Source: Macrostomum lignano (taxonomy: Eukaryota). From it: a DNA stretch of 64,000 bases. The DNA is taken from NCBI GenBank assembly GCA_002269645.1, contig NIVC01000956.1:1-64000 (forward strand). The letters are read 5' to 3'. The translations under genes were made by a program, and so were the position numbers. This document shows, in pieces, positions 40,840 through 54,061 of the stretch (position 1 is its first letter; each line of letters begins with the position of its first letter). The notes below the pieces were generated by a model. The model made no database searches, was not told the origin of the DNA, and was given only the letters and a program-made list of their open reading frames with translations.

Positions 40840-42545
40840 TTCCCTCTATTCGCTCTCTTCACTCTCTTCTACCCTATCTCTTCACTCTCTCCTCCCCTCT
40901 CTCTTCACTCTCTCCTCCCTTCTTTCTTCACTCTCTTCTCCTCTCTCTCTTCACTCTCTTCTCCCTCTCTCTTCACTCTCTCCTCCCCTCTCTCTTCACT
41001 CTCTCCTCCCCTCTCTCTCTTCACTCTCTTCTCCCTCTCTCTTCACTCTCTCCTCCCCTCTCTCTCTTCACTCTCTTCTCCCTCTCTCTTCACTCTCTCC
41101 TCCCCTCTCTCTCTTCACTCTCTCTCCCTCTCTCTTCACTCTCTCCTCCCCTCTCTCTTCACTCTCTCCTCCCCTCTCTCTTCACTCTCTCCTCCCCTCT
41201 CTCTTCACTCTCTCCTCCCCTCTCTCTTCACTCTCTCCTCCCCTCTCTCTTCACTCTCTTACCCTCTCTCTTCACTCTCTCCTCCCCTCTCTCTTCACTC
41301 TCTCCTCCCCTCTCTCTTCACTCTCTTTTACCCTCTCTCCTCTCCCCTCTCTCTTCACTCTCTCCTCCCCTCTCTCTTCACTCTCTTTTACCCTCTCTCT
41401 TCACTCTCTCCTCCCCTCTCTCTTCACTCTCTTTTACCCTCTCTCTTCACTCTCTCCTCCCCTCTCTCTCTTCACTCTCTTTTACCCCTCTCTCTTCACT
41501 CTCTCCTCCCCTCTCTCTCTTCACTCTCTTCTCCCTCTCTCTTCACTCTCTTCTCCCTCTCTCTTCACTCTCTCCTCCCCTCTCTCTTCACTCTCTCCTC
41601 CCCTCTCTCTTCACTCTCTCCTCCCCTCTCTCTCTTCACTCTCTTCTCCCACTCTCTCTTCACTCTCTTCTACCCTCTCTCTTCACTCTCTCCTCCCCTC
41701 TCTCTCTTCACTCTCTCCTCCCCTCTCTCTCTTCACTCTCTTCTCCCACTCTCTCTTCACTCTCTTCTACCCTCTCTCTTCACTCTCTCCTCCCCTCTCT
41801 CTCTTCACTCTCTCCTCCCCTCTCTCTTCACTCTCTCCTCCCCTCTCTCTTCACTCTCTCCTCCCCTCTCTCTTCACTCTCTTCTCCCCTCTCTCTTCAC
41901 TCTCTCCTCCCCTCTCTCTTCACTCTCTTCTCCCCTCTCTCTTCACTCTCTCCTCCCCTCTCTCTTCACTCTCTTCTCCCCTCTCTCTTCACTCTCTTCT
42001 CCCCTCTCTCTTCACTCTCTCCTCCCCTCTCTCTTCACTCTCTCCTCCCCTCTCTCTTCACTCTCTCCTCCCCTCTCTCTTCACTCTCTCCTCCCCTCTC
42101 TCTTCACTCTCTCCTCCCCTCTCTCTTCACTCTCTTTTACCCTCTCTCTTCACTCTCTCCTCCCCTCTCTCTCTTCACTCTCTTTTACCCCTCTCTCTTC
42201 ACTCTCTTCTCCCCTCTCTCTTCACTCTCTCCTCCCCTCTCTCTTCACTCTCTTCTCCTCTCTCTCTCCACTCTCTCCTCCCCTCTCTCTTCACTCTCTT
42301 CTCCTCTCTCTCTTCACTCTCTTCTCCTCTCTCTCTCCACTCTCTCCTCCCCTCTCTCTTCACTCTCTTCTCCCCTCTCTCTTCACTCTCTCCTCCCCTC
42401 TCTCTTCACTCTCTTTTTCTCTCTCTCTTCACTCTCTCCTCCCCTCTCTCTTCACTCTCTTTCCCTCTGTCTTCACTCTCTCCTCCCCTCTCTCTTCACT
42501 CTCTCCTCCCCTCTCTCTTCACTCATTCTTCACCTTTCTCTTCAC
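40840..42545 (+). repeat. ~23-bp polypyrimidine minisatellite (ctctctcttcactctctcctccc)
   Basis: Direct inspection. Confidence 0.97.
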
Positions 42546-43069
42546 TTTCTCTATCTTATCTTATTCCACCCCTCTGTCAAAACGGCTCTGCAAGTGCCAC
42601 ACTTTATACACAGTGGATTGGTTTCCTATACTCAGCAGAGCTCAAATTCGCAATATCGCACCATATTCCAGCTAGTAGACAGAATGTCCGACAATAAAAT
42701 TTTATCCAGCTTTCGGCGGATTAATGGACTGGCCGGGCAGACATGGGAGCGTCTGCAACCAGCCAGGACTGCTTTCTCGCATGCGGTAGATATTCAGAGG
42801 GCTATAAATAGACTGATAGCATTTGTCAGGGAACTGACCTTGCCGCGGTAAATTGGAAGAAAGTTATGGACGGGACTGTCAAATTAGTGCAAAAATTGGC
42901 GAAGATTAATTGGTGCACTGTTTTGCACTAATAAATCATATATTTATATTAGATGTGCCTTGGATTGGCTTCATCACTGCCGTTGCTGGCTTCACCTTTG
43001 CACTGCAATGTTGTTAGAATAATTTGAAATGGGTGATTGCGGACCGTTCGGGTTTGGGTGTCTTAGATA

Positions 43070-43562
43070 TAGGGTTCAGTGTCTTAGATGAAGGGTTCAG
43101 TGTCTTAGATGAAGGGTTCAGTGTCTGAGATGAAGGATTCAGTGTCTTAGATGAATGGTTCAGTGTCTTAGATGAAGGGTTCAGTGTCTTAGATGAAGGG
43201 TTCAGTGTCTTAGATGAAGGGTTCAGTGTCTTAGATGAAGGGTTCAGTGTCTTAGATGAAGGATTCAGTGTCTTAGATGAAGGGTTCAGTGTCTTAGATG
43301 AAGGGTTCAGTGTCTTAGATGAAGGGTTCAGTGTCTTAGATGAAGGGTTCAGTGTCTTAGATGAAGGGTTCAGTGTCTTAGATGAAGGGTTCAGTGTCTT
43401 AGATGAAGGGTTCAGTGTCTTAGATGAAGGGTTCAGTGTCTTAGATGAAGGGTTCAGTGTCTTAGATGAAGGTTCAGTGTCTTAGATGAAGGGTTCAGTG
43501 TCTTAGATGAAGGGTTCAGTGTCTTAGATGAAGGGTTCAGTGTCTTAGATGAAGGGTTCAGT
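43070..43562 (+). repeat. 21-bp minisatellite (gggttcagtgtcttagatgaa)
   Basis: Direct inspection. Confidence 0.98.
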
Positions 43563-44444
43563 GCTTTAGACGAAGAGCTTGATTATTTTTTCAAGGAAAT
43601 CAAGTTACCAGTCAGCTGTTTTGAGCAGTTCCTCCCAAAATGAAAACTGTTTCACCATTATTCTCAGTTAATAGCGGAACCTCACGGGCAGAGGGTAGGC
43701 ACTGTCTAATTTGCACGAAGAAAAAAACACATTTTTTGTCTTTAAACTGGAAAATTGGATTTTCTGCTAATGCGACCACTTCACGCGGAGCAAGTGGGTA
43801 GGTGTAGACTGGGTAGAGAGGGGATGAGAGGAGAGAGACAGAGAGTTGCTGTTTGAGCTGACAACAAATCTGCGTTCTTTTTTGTCTAGAGTTTCTCAAG
43901 CGTTTTTTTAAGCTGAAGTGTTAGTTTTATGAAATACTTTTCCCGCACCACGTAGAGGGCCTTCAGCTAGCCTGCAGCGCTTCTCAGCCAATCAGAATCG
44001 TCTAGGGAGAGAGGGCTTGCAGCTCTGGCCGTACCGAGATTAAAGGTTGATTCAACTCGCTGCAAGCTCCGGTCCCGCTTGCTAGCTCAGCTATTGAGGA
44101 GCAGTTTGTCTCAGGAAATCGCCCGTTCCAGACCCCCCCCCCCTAGACCTGTCTTAGCAGTTGGCAAGAAGGCTTGGCTAGGAAAAGCTTCACACAGCCC
44201 CTGTTTTGGCGACAGAGTTAGCAGAGGATCAAAGCGAAGGTGAGCATTTTTTAAAAGTTGGATTCCCTATTCTCGGGTTTCTGGTCGATTTAGATTATAG
44301 CAGTTGATTGACCGCAGATTGGGGCATTGTCTTGCGCCACTCCGCTTGGCTCAGTGAAGAATCAGTGGAATATACCAGAGGTAGAAGGTGGTTCTGGGGT
44401 AGAGAGAAAGAAAAGGATTGAAAAGAAAGAAGACATAAACAAGA

Positions 44445-45465
44445 TAAAAGATAGAAGATAAAAGATAAAAGACAGAAGAAAAATGATAGAAGATATAAGA
44501 TAGTATCAGTAGATAGCAGTTAGAATATAAAAGATAGAAGATAACAGATAGCAGATAGAAGACAGAAGATAGAAGACAGAAGATAGAAGACAGAAGATGG
44601 AAGACAGAAGATAGAAGATAGAAGACAGAAGACAGAAGATAGAAGCCAGAAGACAGAAGATAGAAGATAGAAGACAGAAGATAGAAGATAGAAGACGGAA
44701 GATAGAAGACAGAAGATAGAAGATAGAAGACAGAAGATAGAAGATAGAAGACAGAAGACAGAAGATAGAAGACAGAAGATAGAAGACAGAAGATAGAAGA
44801 TAGAAGACAGAAGATAGAAGATAGAAGATAGAAGATAGAAGACAGAAGATAGAAGATAGAAGATAGAAGATAGAAGATATAAGACAGAAGATAGAAGACA
44901 GAAGATAGAAGATAGAAGACAGAAGATAGAAGATAGAAGACAGAAGACAGAAGATAGAAGACAGAAGATAGAAGACAGAAGATAGAAGATAGAAGACAGA
45001 AGATAGAAGATAGAAGACAGAAGATAGAAGACAGAAGATAGAAGATAGAAGACAGAAGATAGAAGACAGAAGACAGAAGACAGAAGATAGAAGACAGAAG
45101 ATAGAAGACAGAAGACAGAAGATAGAAGACAGAAGATAGAAGACAGAAGATAGAAGATAGAAGACAGAAGATAGAAGACAGAAGATAGAAGACAGAAGAT
45201 AGAAGATAGAAGACAGAAGATAGAAGACAGAAGATAGAAGACAGAAGATAGAAGATAGAAGACAGAAGATAGAAGACAGAAGATAGAAGATAGAAGACAG
45301 AAGATAGAAGACAGAAGATAGAAGACAGAAGATAGAAGACAGAAGATAGAAGATAGAAGACAGAAGATAGAAGACAGAAGACAGAAGACAGAAGATAGAA
45401 GACAGAAGATAGAAGACAGAAGATAGAAGACAGAAGATAGAAGATAGAAGACAGAAGATGGAAGA
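44445..45465 (+). repeat. 7-bp repeat (AGAAGAY)n
   Basis: Direct inspection. Confidence 0.98.
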
Positions 45466-45949
45466 TAGTGGCAGCTGTACCAAGCTAAAATAAAGGTGCT
45501 CAAAGAATGAGAACATGCTGAGTTGAGGCCAGAGTTGATAAGCCGTATCACAAAAAATATATCCAAATAGAGGCTGTAAACTATAATGAGAAGCAGTGAA
45601 GCCAAGAAAGCAATTGATTTTATGCTGAGTTCAGGCCAAAAGCAATCCATAGGGGGCTAAAGAGATCGCTAGAGAGGCGCAGAATTTTTTTATTTTTCCC
45701 TTTGCTTTAGAATCGGCTTAGACTTCGATTTAAAGCCAAAGGAGAAAAGCAAGAGACTCTAGAGAAGGGATGTGAAAGTTACATCAATTATCTGCTCAAT
45801 TGCCAATTGATAAAAATAATAATAAAGGGAACTCAATGAGTGGCAGTGGCACACACGGATCAAAGGTATTGATAACATAGGTGTGGCAAGACAAGTTATT
45901 CTGCTATTCGTGTCCCTTGTTTGGGAATGAAAAGGGAGACAGAGGGGGG

Positions 45950-46458
45950 CAGGGGGTGAAGGGAGAGTGAGACACAGCTAGCAGAGGGTGAAGGGAGAGT
46001 GAGGCACAGCTAGCAGAGGGTGAAGGGAGAGTGAGACACAGCTAGCACAGGGTGAAGAGAGACTGAGACACAGCTAGCACAGGGTGAAGGGAGAGTGAGA
46101 CACAGCTAGCAGAGGGTGAAGGGAGACTGAGACACAGCTAGCAGAGGGTGAAGGGAGAGTGAGGCACAGCTAGCAGAGGGTGAAGGGAGACTGAGACACA
46201 GCTAGTAGAGGGTGAAGGGAGACTGAGACACAGATAGCAGAGGGTAAAGGGAGACTGAGACACAGCTAGCAGAGGGTGAAGGGAGACTGAGACACAGCTA
46301 GCAGAGGGTGAAGGGAGACTGAGACACAGATAGCAGAGGGTAAAGGGAGACTGAGACACAGCTAGTAGAGGGTAAAGGGAGACTGAGGCACAGCTAGCAG
46401 AGGGTGAAGGGAGACTGAGACACAGATAGCAGAGGGTGAAGGGAGACTGAGACACAGC
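45950..46458 (+). repeat. 32-bp minisatellite (gagggtgaagggagactgagacacagctagca)
   Basis: Direct inspection. Confidence 0.97.
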
Positions 46459-47124
46459 TGAAGAGAGAGTGTAGCTAATGTTGAATCTGCTGACCAAACA
46501 TCAATAGCGATTACGTAATGAGACTTGCAACAGTTCTCAAACTTAGAGCCGCTCCCGGATAGCAAAGTGGATTTGTGCTTCGATGCCGGGGTAGAAAGAG
46601 TATTTGTTGGGAGAATTCTCCAGTGGAAGGAGAGCAGTGCAGCAAAAGAGGGGGGGGGCAAGCTGCGGTGGCCAGGACTGGTAATTTAGCGAAATGAGCT
46701 TTGCTCAAAGATTGAGTCCGGAGCTGTGCCAAGCCAGGAAGCAAGATGAAAGACAAATTTCTGCTCAGTCCAGGAACTTCGCTGGTTTCGTTCGGCTGGT
46801 TTCTCCTCAAGCTCGAAGATTGCTTCAAGTCGTCCCTCCCCTTTTTGGCGGCGGTCGCGCTTCGCCAAGTGAGGCGCGGGTGCATGGGAGAGATAGAGAT
46901 GGAAGGGAACGAGGAAGACATACTGACTGATGATGAAGTCCCGGCCGGGGTCTCCCGGGCGATTCTCCCTTTTTTGATCAAAGACTTGGAAAGGAGGAGC
47001 TTCTCTGTCTCGGGTCCGGCGTGCTCCGCTGCTCCTGTGCACCGCGGCGTGCTTTATGGCTGCGCCTGGCTTGAAATTGCAGTCCTCGCTTGATTGCCCT
47101 GTTTGTGTGTCTTTTCTCCCCTTT

Positions 47125-48365
47125 GCCTCTCCTCTCCTCTCCTCTCCTCTCCTCTGCTCTGCTCTGCTCTCCTCTCCTCTCCTCTCCTTTCCTCTCCTCT
47201 CCTCTCCTCTCCTCGCCTCTCCTCTCCTCTCCTCTCCTCTCCTCTCCTCTCCTCTCCTCTCCTCTCCTCTCCTCTCCTCTGCTCTCCTCTCCTCTCCTCT
47301 CCTCTCCTCTGCTCTCCTCTCCTCTCCTCTCCTCTCCTCTGCTCTCCTCTCCTCTCCTCTCCTCTGCTCTCCTCTCCTCTCCTCTCCTCTGCTCTCCTCT
47401 CCTCTCCTCTGCTCTCCTCTCCTCTCCTCTCCTCCTCTCTCCTCTCCTCTCCTCTCCTTTCCTCTCCTCTCTTCTCCTCTCCTCCTCTCTCCTCTCCTCT
47501 CCTCTCCTCTCCTCTGCTCTGCTCTCCTCTCCTCTCCTCCTCTGCTCTGCTCTGCTCTCCTCTCCTCTCCTCTCCTCTCCTCTGCTCTCCTCTCCTCTCC
47601 TCTCCTCTCTCTCCTCTCCTCTCCTCTTCTCTCCTCTCCTCTCCTCTCTACTCCTCTCCTCTCCTCTCCTCTCTCTCCTCTCCTCTCCTCTTCTCTCCTC
47701 TCCTCTCCTCTCCTTTCCTCTCTCTCCTCTCCTCTCCTCTGCTCTCCTCTCCTCTCCTCTCCTCTCTCTCCTCTCCTCTCCTCTTCTCTCCTCTCCTCTC
47801 CTCTCCACTCCTCTTCTCTCCTCTCCTCTCCTCTTCTCTCCTCTCCTCTCCTCTCCTCTCCTCTCCTCTCCTCTCCTCTCCTCTCCTCTCCTCTCCTCTC
47901 CTCTCCTCTCCTCTTCTCTCCTCTCCTCTTCTCTCTACTCCTCTCCTCTCCTCTCCTCTCTCTCCTCTCCTCTCCTCTTCTCTCCTCTCCTCTCCTCTCC
48001 TTTCCTCTCTCTCCTCTCCTCTCCTCTTCTCTCCTCTCCTCTCCTCTCCACTCCTCTCCTCTCTCTCCTCTCCCTCCTCTGCTCTCCTCTCCTCTCCTCT
48101 CCTCTTTCTCCTCTCCTCTCCTCTTCTCTCTCCTCTCCTCTCCACTCCTCTTCTCTTCTCTCCTCTCCTCTCCTCTCCTCTTCTCTCCTCTCCTCTCCTC
48201 TCCTCTCCTCTCCTCTCCTCTCCTCTCCTCTCCTCTCCTCTCCTCTCCTCTCCACTCCTCTTCTCTCCTCTCTCTCTCCTCTCCTCTCCTCTCCTCTCCT
48301 CTCCTCTCCTCTCCTCTCCTCTCCTCTCCTCTCCTCTCCTCTCCTCTCCTCTCCTCTCCTCTCCT
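47125..48365 (+). repeat. (CTCCT)n pentanucleotide repeat
   Basis: Direct inspection. Confidence 0.98.
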
Positions 48366-48810
48366 TTCCTGTCCTCTCATCTCCTCCACTTACTTCAATA
48401 ACCTTTCTTATCCTATGCTTTTTTCCTTTTATCTCCGTTCAACCCAGACCGCACTCTTGTCAATGCGTTCTTTATCTTATAAGCGTACCGATACTGCCAA
48501 ATCTTAAAGGGACAGCAGATAAAGATAAAGAGAAAGGTAAAAACACTGACAATTTACCTTGCAAAAAGATGTACTTTTTTAGCTAATCAAAGTACCGGAC
48601 TCCATTTTTGAGCGGTAGTTATTGCACTTTCTAGTAGCTAAAAAGGCGTACTATAACCACCTGCATGCATTATGTGTTCAGGAGTCAGCACGATGGACAG
48701 GCTTTGCGCCAGGGTGCCCAAAAGTAATTTGTAATTTAACTGTTAATATGAAAATTAAGGAATTAATAAACAAAATTTTCCAATTGTGCGCAGGATAGAA
48801 GAGCCAAGCG

Positions 48811-49817
48811 ATGCTGCTGCTGTCTCTGCTGTCAGTCCTGGTGCTCAGTCTCGTGCCCGACGTCTCCGCTTCGATCTACGGTACGCCGAGGCACCACAGG
48901 CTGGTGTATACCCTGTACAGCACGGACCACCCCAGCTGCCAGCACGCGGACGAGACTCCGCTATCCGTTGACGGATCCCTGAAGCTGACCACAGCTGCAT
49001 CTGGCGGTTCCGGCTACAGACTCTGCTCAACTCCGGTGGTTCCGTTTGGCGAGCTGATTCGCGACCCTCGTGGCATCCGGTTCTGGTACCTGCGCATCCG
49101 AGTCACTAAGCTGTCGCCCGGTCAGGAACTCGTGGTCGTCTCCATGGAGAAGCAGGACATGAGCCCGGGCATAGTTGACAATGACAAGCACCACAGAGTT
49201 ACTAGCGAAGCGAAGACAATTCCAACTGAATTCCAGCTGCGCTACAGGTATGCCCGGCTGTTCTGGGTGGAGAGCAGCCCGCCGGGGCCGCCAGTCAACA
49301 TCACGGTGTCTCGCTATGCCAGATTTGATGAACAGTTCAACTACACAAGCCGGCGGCTGTTCTGCGAACGGTACGGCAACGTCTGGTGCCAGAAGAAGGT
49401 CAAGGATGACGGTGGCAGCGACGATGGTGGACTCTGCGTAGCTCCGGGAAGCTGCAGCCTCCGTGCTGACTGCTTCGACCTGTTTGAAGAGCCGAACAAG
49501 TGCCCGGACGGCCCATTCTGGCTTGGCGGTGTCGGCAGCTCCAACCGGTCGAATCTGCTGCACCCGACTCACAGCTCCTGGCTGTCTAGAAATTTCCCCT
49601 GGCTAGCCTTTGGCGCCGTGCCGATTGCGTTGGCGTTCGCTCTGGCAAAAATTTGCGCTCAAAAACGCGAATTGGATATTGACGACGACTACGACTATAA
49701 GTTGAGCTGCTCGGAGAGGGGCGGTCGGAGAAGCGACGAGGAAGAAGGCGATGGGGATGAGGCAGGCTCCGACAGTTTCACATTCGGTGGCGGTCCCAGA
49801 CAGTCCGCTCTGGCCAG
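48811..49817 (+). CDS. Exon 1 of a type-I membrane protein (signal peptide, CUB-like region, LDLa-like Cys cluster, TM helix)
   Basis: Long non-repetitive ORF; hydrophobic leader MLLLSLLSVLVLSLVPDVSA; TM PWLAFGAVPIALAFALAKIC followed by QKR; AG|gtgcag donor in phase 2. Confidence 0.82.
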
Positions 49818-49827
49818 GTGCAGACCT

Positions 49828-50200
49828 GTTCCTTTGATTTACCGCCACTCTCTGTTCCCCTTTGATCTACCGCCACTCTCTGTTCTCCTTTGATCTACCG
49901 CCACTCTCTGTTCTCCTTTGATCTACCGCCACTCTCTGTTCCCCTTTGATCTACCGCCACTCTCTGTTCTCCTTTGATCTACCGCCACTCTCTGTTCCCC
50001 TTTGATCTACCGCCACTCTCTGTTCTCCTTTGATCTATCGTCACTCTCTGTTCCCCTTTGATCTACCGCCACTCTCTGTTCCCCTTTGATCTACCGCCAC
50101 TCTCTGTTCCCCTTTGATCTACCGCCACTCTCTGTTCCCCTTTGATCTACCGCCACTCTCTGTTCCCCTTTGATCTACCGCCACTGTTTCTTCCCCTTTG
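49828..50200 (+). repeat. 28-bp minisatellite (ctttgatctaccgccactctctgttccc) filling the intron of the membrane-protein gene
   Basis: Direct inspection. Confidence 0.97.
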
Positions 50201-50280
50201 ATCTGCCGCTAACCCTTTCAGTACAATAATTATCAAGTCATTTCGATAACACAGTTAACATTTATTTTGCACTCCTTCAG

Positions 50281-50692
50281 AAGCCCCTCTGCGAACCCAA
50301 CGCCAGATCCTGAACCTGCCATCAGTCGGCACGCACACCACTCGGGCAGTCTGAATCGGGACAGCCAAATTCGAGGAAAGCATCAAACGAAAGCGCCGCC
50401 TCCACCGCCTCCGCCGCAGCCCTCGTCGAAGTCGTCTCCGCCCCTGCAGTTGGATTTCAAAGCCAGCGCCGCAAACGATAAAGAGCCCACACCGCCGACG
50501 CCTCCACCCCGACGGTGGGACCGGGCCTCGCTGCAGCTGAGGGCTCCTCAAGACTATGAGGGCAGCTTCGAGGGCAACAGCCGGCCGCTGCTCTGCCAAG
50601 TGGACGCCCCAGCGACTGGCTTTGACGGAGGAGCCGAGCGGGAGTCGGTTGAGCTCACGGCCATCGCCCAGCAACCGGCGGGATGCGCGTGA
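50281..50692 (+). CDS. Exon 2 of the same membrane protein (Pro-rich cytoplasmic tail to TGA)
   Basis: actccttcag acceptor in phase 2 matches exon 1; the spliced CDS is 1419 nt (472 aa). Confidence 0.75.
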
Positions 50693-50694
50693 CG

Positions 50695-53408
50695 GGATTG
50701 CTAATCTAGCCAATACACGGGTGCAGGAATAGAATGGATTGCTAATCTAGCCAATACACGGATGCAGGAATAGAATGGATTGCTAATCTAGCCAATACAC
50801 GGATGCAGGAATAGAACGGATTGCTAATCTAGCCAATACACGGATGCAGGAATAGAATGGATTGCTAATCTAGTCAATACACGGATGCAGGAATAGAATG
50901 GATTGCTAATCTAGCCAATACACGGGTGCAGGAATAGAATGGATTGCTAATCTAGTCAATACACGGATGCAGGAATAGAATGGATTGCTAATCTAGCCAA
51001 TACACGGATGCAGGAATAGAATGGATTGCTAATCTAGCCAATACATGGATGCAGGAATAGAATGGATTGCTAATCTAGCCAATACACGGATGCAGGAATA
51101 GAATGGATTGCTAATCTAGCCAATACACGGATGCAGGAATAGAATGGATTGCTAATCTAGCCAATGCACGGATGCAGGAATAGAATGGATTGCTAATCTA
51201 GCCAATACACGGATGCAGGAATAGAATGGATTGCTAATCTAGCCAATACACGGATGCAGGAATAGAATGGATTGCTAATCTAGCCAATACACGGATGCAG
51301 GAATAGAATGGATTGCTAATCTAGCCAATGCATGGATGCAGGAATAGAATGGATTGCTAATCTAGCCAATGCATGGATGCAGGAATAGAATGGATTGCTA
51401 ATCTAGCCAATGCATGGATGCAGGAATAGAATGGATTGCTAATCTAGCCAATACATGGATGCAGGAATAGAATGGATTGCTAATCTAGCCAATACACGGG
51501 TGCAGGAATAGAATGGATTGCTAATCTAGCCAATACACGGATGCAGGAATAGAATGGATTGCTAATCTAGCCAATGCACGGATGCAGGAATAGAATGGAT
51601 TGCTAATCTAGCCAATACACGGATGCAGGAATAGAATGGATTGCTAATCTAGCCAATACATGGATGCAGGAATAGAATGGATTGCTAATCTAGCCAATGC
51701 ATGGATGCAGGAATAGAATGGATTGCTAATCTAGCCAATGCATGGATGCAGGAATAGAATGGATTGCTAATCTAGCCAATACATGGATGCAGGAATAGAA
51801 TGGATTGCTAATCTAGCCAATACACGGGTGCAGGAATAGAATGGATTGCTAATCTAGCCAATACACGGATGCAGGAATAGAATGGATTGCTAATCTAGCC
51901 AATGCACGGATGCAGGAATAGAATGGATTGCTAATCTAGCCAATACACGGATGCAGGAATAGAATGGATTGCTAATCTAGCCAATACATGGATGCAGGAA
52001 TAGAATGGATTGCTAATCTAGCCAATACACGGATGCAGGAATAGAATGGATTGCTAATCTAGCCAATACACGGATGCGGGAATAGAATGGATTGCTAATC
52101 TAGCCAATACACGGATGCAGGAATAGAATGGATTGCTAATCTAGCCAATACACGGATGCAGGAATAGAATGGATTGCTAATCTAGCCAATACACGGGTGC
52201 AGGAATAGAATGGATTGCTAATCTAGCCAATACACGGATGCAGGAATAGAATGGATTGCTAATCTAGCCAATACACGGATGCAGGAATAGAATGGATTGC
52301 TAATCTAGCCAATACACGGATGCAGGAATAGAATGGATTGCTAATCTAGCCAATACACGGATGCAGGAATAGAATGGATTGCTAATCTAGCCAATACACG
52401 GAATGCAGGAATAGAATGGATTGCTAATCTAGCCAATACACGGATGCAGGAATAGAATGGATTGCTAATCTAGCCAATACACGGATGCAGGAATAGAATG
52501 GACTGCCAATCTAGCCAATACACGGATGCAGGAATAGAATGGATTGCTAATCTAGTCAATACACGGATGCAGGAATAGAATGGATTGCTAATCTAGCCAA
52601 TACACGGATGCAGGAATAGAATGGATTGCTAATCTAGCCAATACACGGATGCAGGAATAGAATGGATTGCTAATCTAGCCAATACACGGATGCAGGAATA
52701 GAATGGATTGCTAATCTAGCCAATACACGGATGCAGGAATAGAATGGACTGCCAATCTAGCCAATACACGGATGCAGGAATAGAATGGATTGCTAATCTA
52801 GCCAATACACGGATGCAGGAATAGAATGGATTGCTAATCTAGCCAATACACGGATGCAGGAATAGAATGGATTGCTAATCTAGCCAATACATGGATGCAG
52901 GAATAGAATGGATTGCTAATCTAGCCAATACACGGATGCAGGAATAGAATGGATTGCTAATCTAGCCAATACACGGATGCAGGAATAGAATGGATTGCTA
53001 ATCTAGCCAATACACGGATGCAGGAATAGAATGGATTGCTAATCTAGCCAATACACGGATGCAGGAATAGAATGGACTGCCAATCTAGCCAATACACGGA
53101 TGCAGGAATAGAATGGATTGCTAATCTAGCCAATACACGGATGCAGGAATAGAATGGACTTCCAATCTAGCCAATACACGGATGCAGGAATAGAATGGAT
53201 TGCTAATCTAGCCAATGCACGGATGCAGGAATAGAATGGATTGCTAATCTAGCCAATACACGGATGCAGGAATAGAATGGATTGCTAATCTAGCCAATAC
53301 ACGGATGCAGGAATAGAATGGATTGCTAATCTAGCCAATACACGGATGCAGGAATAGAATGGACTGCCAATCTAGCCAATACACGGATGCAGGAATAGAA
53401 TGGATTGC
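50695..53408 (-). repeat. 41-bp minisatellite, about 66 copies, inverted relative to 37066-38160
   Basis: Unit gattgctaatctagccaatacacggatgcaggaatagaatg. Confidence 0.99.
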
Positions 53409-54061
53409 TTAAGAGGTTAAGATAAATCCAAGGATGGTGTGATCAGAGCCAACGGATTCACTTCCGTGCTTCCAATTTTGTTCAAACATTTAGGAGTAGT
53501 TTTACTTCTCAACGCAGGGTTAAGGCGCGCTCTGAACTGCTACCCCATGAATATTTGAGTAGAAATGTGAATTTGCCGTGTAAATGTAAAATTCATCCAG
53601 TTCACTCAGTCCTCAATTTGATGACCACTCTGTGTGATTCCTTGTGCATAGAAACTGCTAATGGGGGTCACGCAGTCTGCGGATCAATGGGATTCAATGA
53701 GCAGCACTTCTCAACCCAACAGTTCTCCCCGAGCTGTGAACAGGCGCACCTACGTGTATTGAGCCGGCTAAATGCATAAACTGTATCTCCTCGCTACTAT
53801 CGCAATTTGCAATTAGCAATTTGCAGCAAGAATCTGCCGCGTATGTTTTTTAAAAATCTCCAATAGTCATTTATACTCGTACGAGTAGATTACCATTGCA
53901 TTGGCCTAATTGTGCATGTGCGCGTTGTTTGTACTGACTTTTTTCTCATCTACTCCAATCCATTCTGATTGTAAGCTAGACTGTCAGCACAGCATTGAAC
54001 CTGTGCTGTACTTGCTTTACTACTTTTGTTCATTGCCGGTCTTTTTTCTTGAGGCACCGAG

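Noticed and set aside
49818-49893. C-terminus CRPVPLIYRHSLFPFDLPPLSVLL of the 360-aa ORF
   Set aside because: Intron read-through into the 28-bp repeat; a phase-matched exon 2 exists at 50281.
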